The translations under genes were made by a program, and so were the position numbers. DNA of 64,000 bases. Source: an uncultured bacterium (GTDB taxonomy: Bacteria > Desulfobacterota_D > UBA1144 > Nemesobacterales > UBA2774). Location of the stretch: assembly GCA_963705505.1 (NCBI GenBank), contig CAVPJU010000010.1, positions 128,001-192,000 on the forward strand, given 5' to 3'. Below are positions 43,998 through 54,551 of this stretch, piece by piece; the first letter of the stretch is position 1, and each line of letters opens with the position of its first letter. The notes under the pieces were generated by a model. That model made no database searches, had not been told where the DNA came from, and saw only the letters and a program-made list of their open reading frames with translations.

Positions 43998-44351
43998 TCA
44001 GGTGCTCGTGAAGTGCTTGCCTATAAGAGTCGTATGGTAATAATCGATCAAATGCTCAAGGGAGGCGATATAAATGCGTATCGCCTCTTTTACCGCCCCG
44101 TCCGTATCGTTATCAAGCCCGTGTAAAACCGACCCGAAAGCCGACGTGAAGGATTCTACAAGCTCGCGGCTGTCAACCTTCAGTATCCCCTCTATGAGGG
44201 CTTCGTCCTGGAGGTCGTACTTCTTGTCCTCTATCGCGCGCCTGAGCTCCGCCCTCACGATCTCTCCGCCAAGCCCGGGGAAGCTTTCGGTCGCGGAATC
44301 GAACAGTTTCACAAGTTCTTCAACGTACGTCACTATCCAAATATAACTCAA
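43998..44351 (-). CDS. Hypothetical protein (acidic, helical)
   Basis: 117-aa ORF filling the gap, with natural-looking composition; no family recognised; start uncertain. Confidence 0.5.
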   Translation of the reverse strand: MSYIWIVTYVEELVKLFDSATESFPGLGGEIVRAELRRAIEDKKYDLQDEALIEGILKVDSRELVESFTSAFGSVLHGLDNDTDGAVKEAIRIYIASLEHLIDYYHTTLIGKHFTST

Positions 44352-44443
44352 TATTAGATTCGGGCAATTTTTGCCCCGTCTGAAAAACGGAATGAATAAT
44401 TTTCTTTCCTACAAGGCGGGCATACATTATCGCGGGAGCACCG

Positions 44444-45268
44444 CTATTCCTTCTCTCTCCTGGCTGTCTCACGCCCCGTCTCCTCCTTGATCCTGCTTAT
44501 CATCAGGTACGCGTATCTCCTGTTCTCAAACCAGTCTGGATAGAACGAGGGGTTCTTGTCTTTCACAAGGTCGTAAAGTACGCCAAGCGCCTCGTCGTAC
44601 TTCTTCTGCCTCTTCAAATTGAGTGCGAGGTAAAGCTCCGCTGAAGTGAGATGGGGGTCCACGGAGAGAGACCTCTTAAGATAGATCTCGGAGATGTGGA
44701 GGTCGCCGCCCAGTATAGAGGGCAGGTACAGGTAAAGGGCGCCCGTCATAGCGAGTCCGTTTGCGTGGTTCGGATTGAGATCGAGAACCGTTTCGAGCTC
44801 TCTTCTCACCTCGGGGAGCATGAACAGTGAGTTGAATAGACCCTTCGTATCACCCAGCGAGGCGAGGTTAGCGACGTAGAAAAAATGGGCATCGGGGTTA
44901 TCGGGCTCTATCTCTATTGCCTTCTCCGCCGCGCTCACACCGTTCTCGAACGCCCGTATCAGGTCCTCCTTCGTGCGCGCCTTCACGTACCCGTACGTGA
45001 GCCAGACGCGGGAGAGGAATATGAGTGCGGGCACGTTACGCGGGTCGCGGCTCAGTATCTCATCCGTCAGGGCTATCGTGCCGTCAATTTTGCCCGTATT
45101 TTTATAGTAGCCGCTGAATACGTCCCACGCCTGTGCGAGCGTCGGCGTGTTATCTCTTTTTATGGAAGCGTCAACGGATGCGGTTTCGCAGTATGCATCC
45201 CTCGCGGTGAACATTTGAATGAGAAATAGAAGAGTCAGTGCGGATAGTAAAAGGGTCTTATTCGGCAT
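44444..45268 (-). CDS. Exported tetratricopeptide-repeat protein (TatT-like)
   Basis: Signal peptide; TPR-like helices AEKAIEIEPDNPDAHFFY, LETVLDLNPNH, LPSILGGD. Confidence 0.75.
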   Translation of the reverse strand: MPNKTLLLSALTLLFLIQMFTARDAYCETASVDASIKRDNTPTLAQAWDVFSGYYKNTGKIDGTIALTDEILSRDPRNVPALIFLSRVWLTYGYVKARTKEDLIRAFENGVSAAEKAIEIEPDNPDAHFFYVANLASLGDTKGLFNSLFMLPEVRRELETVLDLNPNHANGLAMTGALYLYLPSILGGDLHISEIYLKRSLSVDPHLTSAELYLALNLKRQKKYDEALGVLYDLVKDKNPSFYPDWFENRRYAYLMISRIKEETGRETARREKE

Positions 45269-45285
45269 TATGCGGAATAAGTGTA

Positions 45286-46324
45286 TCAGAGGGACGGGTC
45301 CTTCCCAAAATCCCCTATATTTTCGATGACAGCGTGTATGAGCCCTATCGTGTGCCCTATGTCGGATTTATATGCGAGGCAGCTAGGGCTGTGGAGATAG
45401 CGGACGGGGACGGATACGGACGCAGCGCGTGTGCCCTTTCCCGTTACCTGCATGGCCGTCGCGTTCGTGCTTCCTGCTTTTTTTACAGTAACCTGATAGG
45501 GGATTTTTTTAAGCTCGGCGGTCTTCATGATAAAATCGCTGAAAGGCCTGTGCGCGACGAGGAACCTGTCCGATAACCTGACTTCGGGACCCTTCCCGGT
45601 GTTGGCGAGCGTCTTGTATTCGGGTATCCCCGGCACGTCCATCGCGACAGTTCCTTCTATTGCTATGGCAAAATCGGGCTCGATAGCCGGCACAATCACG
45701 TGCGCCCCCCTGAGTCCCACCTCCTCCTGCACGCTGGCCGTGAGATAGAGGTCGCAGGAAGGTTTAGGCTTTCTCCTGAGTGCTTCGATCATGACAAAAA
45801 GGCCGACCCTGTCGTCAATCGCCTTCGAGATTACGGCGTCCTCCGTCTCCTCGAACGGGTAAGAAAAAGACGCGACGTCCCCGACCCTTACAAGCTCGCT
45901 CACCCTGTCACCCGAAAGCCCCAGATCGACGACACAGTCCTCGACTTCCGGCGCTTCCTTGTTGGTTCGAGTTTTTGCTCACGTGGGGAGGTATTGCGGA
46001 CACCGTCCCTACGAGCGGCCTCCTGCCCCATACGGTTATCCTCTGCGCGTAAAATACCCTCGGGTCCATACCGCCTAAGGGGATAACGTGGAGGAACCCC
46101 TTGCTGTCGATATGGCTCACCATGAACCCCACTTCGTCCGTATGCGCGTCTATGACTAGCCTCGGCCCTTTCCCGCCGACGTGCGCGATTATATTCCCGA
46201 GCGCGTCCTCGGTAATGTCCTTCGTGAATTCGGAGAAGACTCCTCTTATGATTTCCTTGACAGGTCCTTCATGTCCCGGCAGTCCCGGCGCTTCGCACAG
46301 TTTCTTAAGTAAATCCAGGTCCAT
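45286..46324 (-). CDS. M42 family metallopeptidase; frameshift near 45965
   Basis: APGLPGHE, DAHTDEVGFMV, LGGMD in the first ORF; KAIDDRVG, VQEEVGLRGA, RYLHSP in the second. Confidence 0.9.
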
Positions 46325-46406
46325 GGGGGAGAATATTATAACCAACCCCGTGCATAAATCCAGCGAGGGTAGGGTGTTAAGAGAGTGAGTGGTGATGAAA
46401 TGTGCT

Positions 46407-47141
46407 TTACAGCCCCCATCCGCCGCTCAGGTGAATGTTAGTGCCGTTTACGTAGCGCGCCTCGTCGGATAGCAGAAACAATGCCGTGTCCACGGCGTCC
46501 TTCGTGCTCCCGATGTAGCCCGCCGGTATAGTCTTGACCATGTTTTGAAGCTCCTCTATAGGCGCGCTCCCCGATTCTATGAACCCGGGCGATATCGCGT
46601 TCACAGTTATACCGTGAGGCGCCAGGAGACGCGCGAGGGAGCGTGTCAGAATCAGCACGCCCGCCTTTGCGATGTAGTGCGCAGTTATCTCGGTCTGCGC
46701 GCTTAATTTATCCGCGTTGGCCATGCCGAAGTTGATTATCCTCCCCCAGCCGCGTGTTTTCATGCCCTCGGCGACGGTGCGGGACAGATAAAATACAGGA
46801 TGGAGGTTGTTGTCGAACATCTCGTGCCAGCCCTCGACGGATTCCTTGAGCAGGTTCACACGGTGATAGGGCCCGGCGCAGTTTATAAGCGCGTCTATCC
46901 TTCCCCATTCGGCTTCGACTTTCCGCACGAGGTCAACGGCGGACGCGGGATTCGATACGTCACACTTGTAGTGAATCCCCTTCGCCCCGAGCTTTTCTAT
47001 ATCCTTAGCCGTCTCGCCTGCTTCCTTTTTGCTCTTCCTGTAACAGACGGCGACAGACCATCCCCTCCCGGCAAGCGCAAGCGCTATCTCCCTCCCGATC
47101 CCCTTCGCCCCTCCGGTTATGAGAGCGACTCTTTCAGACAT
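46407..47141 (-). CDS. Short-chain dehydrogenase/reductase (FabG-like)
   Basis: ALITGGAKGIG, LINCAG, YIAK, ITVNAISPGFI. Confidence 0.92.
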   Translation of the reverse strand: MSERVALITGGAKGIGREIALALAGRGWSVAVCYRKSKKEAGETAKDIEKLGAKGIHYKCDVSNPASAVDLVRKVEAEWGRIDALINCAGPYHRVNLLKESVEGWHEMFDNNLHPVFYLSRTVAEGMKTRGWGRIINFGMANADKLSAQTEITAHYIAKAGVLILTRSLARLLAPHGITVNAISPGFIESGSAPIEELQNMVKTIPAGYIGSTKDAVDTALFLLSDEARYVNGTNIHLSGGWGL

Positions 47142-47252
47142 CTATGTTCTCCCTTTGATTTCTCAAATAAACAAATAATAGTGCAAAGCCTCTTATTTTG
47201 CCATCCCGAAAATTCCGGTGAAACCGGCATCAGAATAAAGTAGAGTATATCC

Positions 47253-47643
47253 ATGCCCGCTATAAAATGGACGCCGGTTGCGAAAGAAAATACCGACCCC
47301 GGCAGGGACTACATCGCCCTCATAACATACCTCCCCCTGACTACCCACTGGATAATCCCCAAGTTCCTCTACCTCACGGGGCAGATTCAGAAACAGCTCG
47401 CCGAATCGGACGGGGCAATCGGCTACTGCGCTGATCGCATATATACTGAAAAAGGAGTTCTGGACGATGTCCGTATGGGAGGACGACGATTCCCTTTCAA
47501 AGTTCGTCAAGACAGGCGCGCATCTCAAGACTATGAGAGAGCTCTCGCGCTACCTCAGCGACAAGCGGAAATTCGTGAAGGTCAATATTAAAGGCTCCGA
47601 GATACCACTGCCCTGGGATAGGGCGAAGGGTTTTGTGCGGTAG
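47253..47643 (+). CDS. DUF3291/ABM-like dimeric alpha-beta barrel protein; frameshift near 47428
   Basis: After removing one base: GYALIAYILKKEFWTMSVWEDDDSLSKFVKTGAH..TM...PLPWDRA, TAG at 47641-47643. Confidence 0.65.
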
Positions 47644-47825
47644 GATATTGGTTTTCGTTCTTTCACCTTTTTGCTTTTCTTATAATTCCCTCCCCATATA
47701 GAGCACCGGAGGAAATTCGCTTCAGGCTCTACATTGCAATATCACAAATCGGTTACTGTGGATTTTCGTGTCCCTTTAACAAAACCCGCTTCAGAATGGA
47801 TTTTAAAAATTTAGCTTGTCAGCTC

Positions 47826-48284
47826 TTACCGGACCGCGTACACGTCGTAAACCACCTCGCCGCGATCCAAAAATGCCTGGCCTATTCCAAGGCAAAAGAG
47901 GCGGTTGAGCCATCGGTAGTCGGGATGGGCTGTGTGACAGCGCGGATTGGTGCAAATGGACAAACTGCCGGAAGCACTCTCCCCCCTGAGAAACTTCTGA
48001 TACCCATCCTCTCCAAGATCCATCACACCCGTGTAGGTCAGATAAATCAGGGCGCCGTCGTGCGTTTCGATTGTAGTTCGCACATCGAGTATTGCCACCC
48101 CGTCGGTGCGAATGGTTAACCAGTCCGCTCCTACCGGGCGGAGCTTTCCGCGAAGCTTCGGACCGCTCACCTCCCCGCCGCCAATATAAAAGTTGGCCCG
48201 AATTCCCTCAGGAACGGGACCAATAACTTCCGGGTGGGCCGTGCTGCCGTAGGAAAAGATGTGTTCGAGGCTATAGTCTATCAT
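47826..48284 (-). CDS. DUF3237 family protein
   Basis: [46 protein letters not shown]. Confidence 0.85.
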   Translation of the reverse strand: MIDYSLEHIFSYGSTAHPEVIGPVPEGIRANFYIGGGEVSGPKLRGKLRPVGADWLTIRTDGVAILDVRTTIETHDGALIYLTYTGVMDLGEDGYQKFLRGESASGSLSICTNPRCHTAHPDYRWLNRLFCLGIGQAFLDRGEVVYDVYAVR

Positions 48285-48611
48285 GATTTGCTCCTCTTCT
48301 CTTAAATCCCGATTCTCGAATAACACATTAAGGTCACACTAAATAGATTCTAATGTCAACAAGAATTCTCTTTCAAATATTTGTCCTTTAGGCGAGTGCG
48401 TCCTAATGCTCTCATTCATCACATCGGTTCCTCTTTTTTTAATGGGAGAAATGAACACAATACCAAGCAAAATCGACAATACGACATTCCTGCGGGGCTA
48501 TATATACCTGCCGGAAATATCGGATGTCGTAACTTCTTCTCCCATACTCCAGAGGCGCATGAATCCTTTATCAGTTATATTAATCTACATAAAAGCAAGG
48601 GGCGTACAGTC

Positions 48612-49217
48612 ATGGATATCGCAAAGAGAATAGAAGCTCACAGAAGGCTCGTTTCGGGAATATGCTGCCCGGAGCGCAAGGTCAATCCCGATACACTCAA
48701 GAAGGTCCTGAGCCTGTCAATGGAGATCGCGAGGGAAGGGAGGGAAGGGAGGAAGATCGGCACTCTGTTCGTCATTGCCGATACGGAGGAGACCCTCAAA
48801 CAATCCCGTCCCATGATACTCGACCCGCTCTACGGACATCCGGACAGCAAAAAACGAATAGACGACCCCGGCATGCGCGAGACCGTGAAGGAGCTCGCAC
48901 AGCTGGACGGAGCGTTCATAGTCACCGAAGACGGAATAGTTCTCTCGGCCAGCCGTTACATAGACTCGACCTCGGAGGGACTCAACCTCCCGCTCGGTCT
49001 CGGGAGCAGACACATGGCCGCTGCGTCGATTACGAGGAGGACAAACGCCGTCGCCGTCGTAGTTTCCGAGAGCTCCATGGTGAGGGTATTCGATAACGGC
49101 GAGATAGTCGGCGAGATAATCCCCGAGCTCTGGATGCTGAGGGAGTACAGCACACAATTTAACGAGGCGTTATTCGAGCAGGATCCCGCAAAAGAGGAAG
49201 CAGTTACGGCAAACTAA
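48612..49217 (+). CDS. Stand-alone diadenylate cyclase (DisA_N/DAC domain)
   Basis: EGREGRKIGTLFV, KELAQLDGAF, GLGSRHMAAA, AVVVSES. Confidence 0.88.
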   Translation: MDIAKRIEAHRRLVSGICCPERKVNPDTLKKVLSLSMEIAREGREGRKIGTLFVIADTEETLKQSRPMILDPLYGHPDSKKRIDDPGMRETVKELAQLDGAFIVTEDGIVLSASRYIDSTSEGLNLPLGLGSRHMAAASITRRTNAVAVVVSESSMVRVFDNGEIVGEIIPELWMLREYSTQFNEALFEQDPAKEEAVTAN

Positions 49218-49229
49218 CGACAGCCGGCA

Positions 49230-49886
49230 ATGATAATAGTCAACATAGTCGATATACACGGCAATATTAAGCCCGTAGACAAGATCGGGGACGTAATTTC
49301 TTCCGCAGACCTCATAATCATCGCGGGAGACCTCACACAGTTCGGCGGAGAGAAGGACGCGGAAGAGGTTATCGGAGCCGTAGAGAAATATAATACGAGC
49401 ATCCTCGCCGTAACGGGGAACTGCGACAAGAAAGAGGTGGACGGATATCTGGACTCCCGGAACATGAACATCCACGGACGAAGCGTAAATATAGACGGAT
49501 TATCCTTCATGGGCGCAGGCGGCTCGCTACCCTGCCCGAGCCCGACGCCTAACGTCTATACGGAGGAGGATTACGTGGAAATTTTCGAGGAATCAGTCGA
49601 AGGTTCTGACGACGGCCTTCCCGCGATACTCGTCTCACACCAGCCCCCTTATGGCACACTCAACGACAGGATCTCGAACGGCACCCACGTGGGCAGCAGG
49701 ACGGTGCGGGAATTCATAGAGCGGCATAAACCCCTGGTCTGCTTTACGGGGCATATACACGAGGCTCCGGGCATAGACACATTGGGCAGCACAAAAGTGG
49801 TCAACCCCGGCCCCCTCGGCACCCGCTCCTACGCGTATCTGGACGTTACGGACAGGATAAACGCGCTCGAGATAAGAAAGTTCTGA
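49230..49886 (+). CDS. Calcineurin-like metallophosphoesterase
   Basis: DIHG, GDLT, GNCD, SHQPP, GHIHE, NPG. Confidence 0.9.
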   Translation: MIIVNIVDIHGNIKPVDKIGDVISSADLIIIAGDLTQFGGEKDAEEVIGAVEKYNTSILAVTGNCDKKEVDGYLDSRNMNIHGRSVNIDGLSFMGAGGSLPCPSPTPNVYTEEDYVEIFEESVEGSDDGLPAILVSHQPPYGTLNDRISNGTHVGSRTVREFIERHKPLVCFTGHIHEAPGIDTLGSTKVVNPGPLGTRSYAYLDVTDRINALEIRKF

Positions 49887-49927
49887 GCAGATGGCGGAGA
49901 AAATCCGGTCTATTCCATATATATTCA

Positions 49928-50629
49928 ATGACGAAAGTCAGTAACCTGACAAAAGTAAACCATCACATGAAGCTCATATTTCTCGTTCTCACCCTCATCT
50001 TCCTCATCTTTGCGGTACCTCCCGGCTCCCGCAGTCAGGAGCAGAAATACCACCCGCTCGAGAGCTACACGGTCAAGTATAAGATCGAGGGGAACAGCAC
50101 CGGCGAGAAGACCGAATACTCGGGAGACTGGGGGAGGACCCTCTGCTGGGTCGAGACCTCTCAGGCGAAAGTTCCGGAAGGCGGCACGATCAGGGTCAAC
50201 GAGAAGGTGATAACGAAGATCGAGGGCGGGGACCAGTGGATTATAAAGATAAACCTCGATGACAACACCGGGACGAAAATGAAAAACCCGATGTTCCCCG
50301 AAATCTTTAAACGCATTAAGGGCAAGGACCCGAAGGAGTTCACTCAGGAGTTCATGACGAACATGGGAGCGAAGCAAATCGGTGAAAAGGTCGTTAGCGG
50401 CGAGAAGTGCGAGGAATGGGAGATCGGGGAAGGTGCGAAAACATGCATTACCGACGACGTCGTGAGAGTTGAATCGTCCCTCGTTCTCGAAGGAGTATCC
50501 ATTAAAGAAACGGCTGTCGAAGTCAAAAGGAACGCTCAGGAGCCTGCGGGCATCTGCGGAACCGGAAGCGCCGTCATAACCGAAAAAGATATGAATAAAG
50601 AGACAAATGAAGAGATTAAGGTTGAGTAG
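49928..50629 (+). CDS. Exported hypothetical protein
   Basis: Signal-peptide-like segment (start may be the later MKLIF), beta-rich body with several Cys; no family recognised. Confidence 0.6.
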   Translation: MTKVSNLTKVNHHMKLIFLVLTLIFLIFAVPPGSRSQEQKYHPLESYTVKYKIEGNSTGEKTEYSGDWGRTLCWVETSQAKVPEGGTIRVNEKVITKIEGGDQWIIKINLDDNTGTKMKNPMFPEIFKRIKGKDPKEFTQEFMTNMGAKQIGEKVVSGEKCEEWEIGEGAKTCITDDVVRVESSLVLEGVSIKETAVEVKRNAQEPAGICGTGSAVITEKDMNKETNEEIKVE

Positions 50630-50894
50630 TCACACACATGGTGTGTTTCTACAATTGCTGCGTAAATCCTTTGCTTTCACCAACCAATGAAGCCTGGCCA
50701 ACCCGTTCACCCTGTTTGTCCGGCGTAGCTTTTTAGGCGGAGCTACGAGGAAGCGAAGACGGAAGCGTCGCTCGTCCGGCAAACGCCCGAGCAATTCGGA
50801 TATTCCGACAGCTCCGCAATGCATATGCCCCGGAGAAGTGTCGGAATGTCGGAAGCTATCTTTGATTCCCCCATAAATTAAAGGGAGAGGCAAA

Positions 50895-51509
50895 CTAACC
50901 CTTCTTCTTTATCCCTTCCACTTCGAGGGTTATCTTCACATCGTCCCCCACGACCAAACCGCCGGAGTCGAGCGTCTTATTCCACGTGATCCCGTAATCC
51001 TTCCGGTTTATGGTCGTCTCGGCTGTGAACGCCGTGCGCTCGTTCCCCATCGGGTCTACAGCCTTGCCGCCGTATTCCGCGTCGAGCTCGACCTGTTTAG
51101 TCACGCCGTTTATCGTGAGGTCTCCCACGATCGTAAAGTCGTTCCCGTGCTCTTCCTTGATATCCTTGCTCTTGAAAGTTATGGCGGGGTATTTTTCCAC
51201 GTTGAGGAAGTCGGGCGACCTCAGATGGTCGTCCCTCTTCTGCTTATTCGTATTAACGCTCGATGTCGTGATGGAGACGTCCACACTCGATTTGCCGATG
51301 TCCTTCTCATCGAAGTCATATGTCCCTTCCAGGAGATCGAACCTGCCCGTAACCGTGCTTATCCCCATGTGCTTCACATTAAAAATAACCTGCGAATGGT
51401 CGGGGTCTATCATGTATTCAGCCGCCTCCGCGCGCAATCCTCTCACGTCCGAGAGAGCGAGGAAAATTAATGCAACCAGCACAGCCACAAAACCTTTTGC
51501 GATTCTCAT
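50895..51509 (-). CDS. YceI family protein
   Basis: IDPDHS.V.F.VKHMG.STV.G.F, RDDHLRSPDF, GDLTINGVTK, INRKDYGITWN. Confidence 0.95.
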   Translation of the reverse strand: MRIAKGFVAVLVALIFLALSDVRGLRAEAAEYMIDPDHSQVIFNVKHMGISTVTGRFDLLEGTYDFDEKDIGKSSVDVSITTSSVNTNKQKRDDHLRSPDFLNVEKYPAITFKSKDIKEEHGNDFTIVGDLTINGVTKQVELDAEYGGKAVDPMGNERTAFTAETTINRKDYGITWNKTLDSGGLVVGDDVKITLEVEGIKKKG

Positions 51510-51691
51510 ATGCACTACCTCCTGTTCATGATCGAAATGTTCCGGTTGTACATTTAGATGGCTTTTAAGCGCGTACGATTCAAAAAAATACCACACGGTC
51601 TCCGTGTTTCCACAAATTTTTCCGACTGGACGTGTGTACAGAAAGACGCCGAGGCTCTTCCGGGTGCGGCGGGTGACAACGTTTTATTGCT

Positions 51692-52537
51692 TCAACGGGC
51701 AGGTCGGGCTTTAATCCCTTTTTTCCTTGTTAAGGCCGTCGCCCCGATACCGAGAAGTCCCAGCGCTCCCGCCACCGCTATCATCCCCCACTCGCTCAGC
51801 GTCGGTATCGGTCTTATGACAGGGACCTCTCGCCCCGCGAGCTGAAACGCCAGGTCGGGGAAATCAGCGCCGCAATCGGCCTGTGCGGGGGAAAATTTCA
51901 CGCATCCCGTGCCGAAGCCGTCGCCGGGGTTCTCCCAGACGAACGGGTTCAGCGTCTCCACCGTATTTTCATGCCAGAACCACTGACCGTTCTGAATGAA
52001 GCCTATGTTCGCCTGGACCGAGACCCAGTATAAGCCGGGCTCGAGTTTGCACGGGAACGGGAGATCGATCACGAAGTCGGGCACCGTGATATCTTCAGGC
52101 AGTATGTCCTGATAAACGCACCGAGCGATTTCATTACCCGGCAGGCCGTCCTTATCCGCGAAAAAGTATATATTTAACGAGTCGATAAGGTCGGGCGTAG
52201 TGTCGTCGAACGCGCCGAACGCCCTTATGTTGTCTATGACCCAGAAGAAACCCTCGGGCACGCGGAAATCGTCAGCCGCACGCGTATCGAAATGGTCGAA
52301 GGATCCTCCACCGTCCCTAAAATCCTGTGATGAAATATCGGCCGAGGATATGCCGGCCGTCTGGTCCCACAAAACATCAGGCGGCACGGATACCGCCGGC
52401 GGCGTGTCGATGTCCTCCATTAAAGGACTTACAGCGAGCGACCGGGTCGGCAGAAAAACCATAGCCTGAAATAACGAGCAGATTATAAGGAGCAGTAGAT
52501 ACAGGTATTCTCTTATTACTTGATTTTTACGGTACAT
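51692..52537 (-). CDS. IPTL-CTERM sorting-signal surface protein
   Basis: Signal peptide, AADDF.VP motif, C-terminal IPTLSEWGMI plus TM segment and basic tail. Confidence 0.85.
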   Translation of the reverse strand: MYRKNQVIREYLYLLLLIICSLFQAMVFLPTRSLAVSPLMEDIDTPPAVSVPPDVLWDQTAGISSADISSQDFRDGGGSFDHFDTRAADDFRVPEGFFWVIDNIRAFGAFDDTTPDLIDSLNIYFFADKDGLPGNEIARCVYQDILPEDITVPDFVIDLPFPCKLEPGLYWVSVQANIGFIQNGQWFWHENTVETLNPFVWENPGDGFGTGCVKFSPAQADCGADFPDLAFQLAGREVPVIRPIPTLSEWGMIAVAGALGLLGIGATALTRKKGIKARPAR

Positions 52538-52727
52538 TCTCTCATCCTCCTAAGGAAACCGGCTTTTGCGGCGGGTAAGAAATAATCAATTATAAACTTA
52601 ATTTTAACAGAAAGACAATCGCTTCATGTAATTCGATACTTATGAATTCATAGTATAGAAATTGCCGGTTTGAATATATATTTTATGTTCGTCTGATTAT
52701 CACGAATTATCGAAACCGGAGATTCCA

Positions 52728-53216
52728 ATGCCTGAAATCAATATCCGCGAAGCAAAGACCGGAGACGCAGTGCGTATGGCGGAGATACTGAAGGAGATAG
52801 GATGGTCCGAGCGAAGGAACGCGCTCCCGCTCGAAGAGGTAGCAGGGCCCATCGAAAAACTGATCGAGCACTGCAATCATGACCGCGAGGGCCACTCGTT
52901 GATCGTTGCGGTCGATGAAGGCGGCACAGTACTCGGCTTCTTGTGCGTCCACTGGGTGCCTTTCATAATGCTGGGGAGTCTGGAGGGATACGTCTCGGAC
53001 GTATTCGTCAGCCCTTCGGCCGGAGGAATGGGCGTGGGGAAAGCGCTCGTCGAGCGCGTCATGGAAGAGGGTAAGCACAGGGGCTGCATGAGGCTCATGC
53101 TCACGAACGGAAAGGAGAAGCTCTCTTACAAGACCGGCTTCTACAAGAAGCTCGGATGGACGGAGAGACCCTCAGTCGCAAACTTCGTTTACTATTACAC
53201 CGAGCCCTGGTCATAG
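52728..53216 (+). CDS. GNAT family N-acetyltransferase
   Basis: IREAK..D, VSDVFV.P...G.GVGKALV, FYKKLGW. Confidence 0.88.
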   Translation: MPEINIREAKTGDAVRMAEILKEIGWSERRNALPLEEVAGPIEKLIEHCNHDREGHSLIVAVDEGGTVLGFLCVHWVPFIMLGSLEGYVSDVFVSPSAGGMGVGKALVERVMEEGKHRGCMRLMLTNGKEKLSYKTGFYKKLGWTERPSVANFVYYYTEPWS

Positions 53217-53333
53217 GCACACACACATAGTGTGTTTCTATGATTCTTCCGAACATCTTCTGCCTAACCGGCAACGAAGACCAACCCGTTCGTCCTGAGC
53301 ATGTCGAAGGACGGATGATCGGAACCCTCAAAC

Positions 53334-53370
53334 AAAAAAGCCTCTTCCCCCGCTCGTGAGGAAGAGGCTT
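53334..53370 (-). terminator. Intrinsic terminator after the IPTL-CTERM pair
   Basis: AAGCCTCTTCC...GGAAGAGGCTT stem with an A run on the left (T tract on the minus strand). Confidence 0.75.
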
Positions 53371-53459
53371 CCAAATCTTTAGTCACCCTGAACCATGGTC
53401 CCGGAGAACGATCCGGGATCTATTCGGGGTCTCGTCTTTTATATCCCAAATTATCCCTT

Positions 53460-53999
53460 CTATACCGCCAGCGCTTTTCTTCTCTTAACCGCGAAGAACA
53501 CACCGACCAGCGCCAATCCTCCTGCCGCCGCGATCATCCCCCACTCGGAAAGGGTCGGTACATTCGTTACGTTTCCTCTCACGTTCGTAAACGTGCACGT
53601 TATCTCGGTCCCTCCGAGACAGTCGAGGCTGACACCGTTATCGATGAACGTGACGTTGACAAGCGCCGAATCGCTGCACTCGACGTTATCGAGCACCCAG
53701 CCCGGCTTAGATTCCTCGACGATTTCCAAATCAGACCCGCTGAAAGCTTTGCCGAAGCACTCGGAGTTAGGGGTCAAATTGAACAGAGTGGCTATGTCCC
53801 CTTGTGTCGCGGAGAAGTTAAAGATAACCGGATCGCCATCGGATAGAGGCTCCTGAAGCTCGGGCGCGCTCTTACATATAAGTACCGCGCACTGCGCCCG
53901 GGCACTGTCGTTAAGCGAGGGTATCAAAAGCAAGCCAGAGATAAAAAGAATAAAAACGCAAACAGGCATAGTGTTTCGTAGAACGGTATTCACGGACAT
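53460..53999 (-). CDS. IPTL-CTERM sorting-signal surface protein
   Basis: Signal peptide, Cys-containing beta domain (ICK, PGWVLDNVEC, ITCTFTN), VPTLSEWGMI plus TM segment and KRRK. Confidence 0.85.
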   Translation of the reverse strand: MSVNTVLRNTMPVCVFILFISGLLLIPSLNDSARAQCAVLICKSAPELQEPLSDGDPVIFNFSATQGDIATLFNLTPNSECFGKAFSGSDLEIVEESKPGWVLDNVECSDSALVNVTFIDNGVSLDCLGGTEITCTFTNVRGNVTNVPTLSEWGMIAAAGGLALVGVFFAVKRRKALAV

Positions 54000-54011
54000 T
54001 CCTCCTTGGCT

Positions 54012-54551
54012 TTAAGTATTAAACGCCTTCCTGCGCCTTAGCGCGAAGAACACTCCGATGAGCGCAAGTCCCGCGGCCGCCGCGATCATGCCCCACTCGG
54101 AGAGAGCCGGTACATTTACCGGCCTTCACATTAATGAATGTGCAGGTTTGGTGCCCTCGCTGACACACTCCAGGCTTACACCATTGTCAATATTGTGACA
54201 TTGATGCCGGGCACTTTATCGCAACGATTTGATCGAGAGCCCAACCGGGCAATGGGTCCTCAGAAACCTCCAGGCTCGTCTGACTCGATCCCGGACCCTC
54301 GACAACCCTCCGTAAGTTGGCGGGCAGTGTCGGTTTGTTGCCGATCTATCTCCAGCTTGGAGGGTGAAGGGAAAGAAAACCGCATCAGCCTCCGATACAG
54401 GAATTGGCAGCTCCGGAGCTTCCTTGCAAATTCTTACAAAGCAGGACGGCTGTGCGGTCGCGGTATCGGAGAACGAGGGAACCAATAAAAGCCCTAACAC
54501 GGATAGAACAAACAGGTAAACCGGCAGTGTTTTATTCTGATATGAATTCAT
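54012..54551 (-). pseudogene. IPTL-CTERM paralog of 53460-53999 broken by several indels (54120-54350)
   Basis: Homologous pieces in different frames: ICKEAPEL, EDPLPGWALDQI, DNGVSLEC, TCTFINV, VPALSEWGMIAAAAGL...RRRKAFNT*. Confidence 0.75.

Noticed and set aside
48381..48611. 77-aa N-terminal extension of the diadenylate cyclase in the ORF track
   Set aside because: It starts at a TTG in AT-rich intergenic-looking sequence; ATG 48612, preceded by AAGGGG, is the more plausible start.
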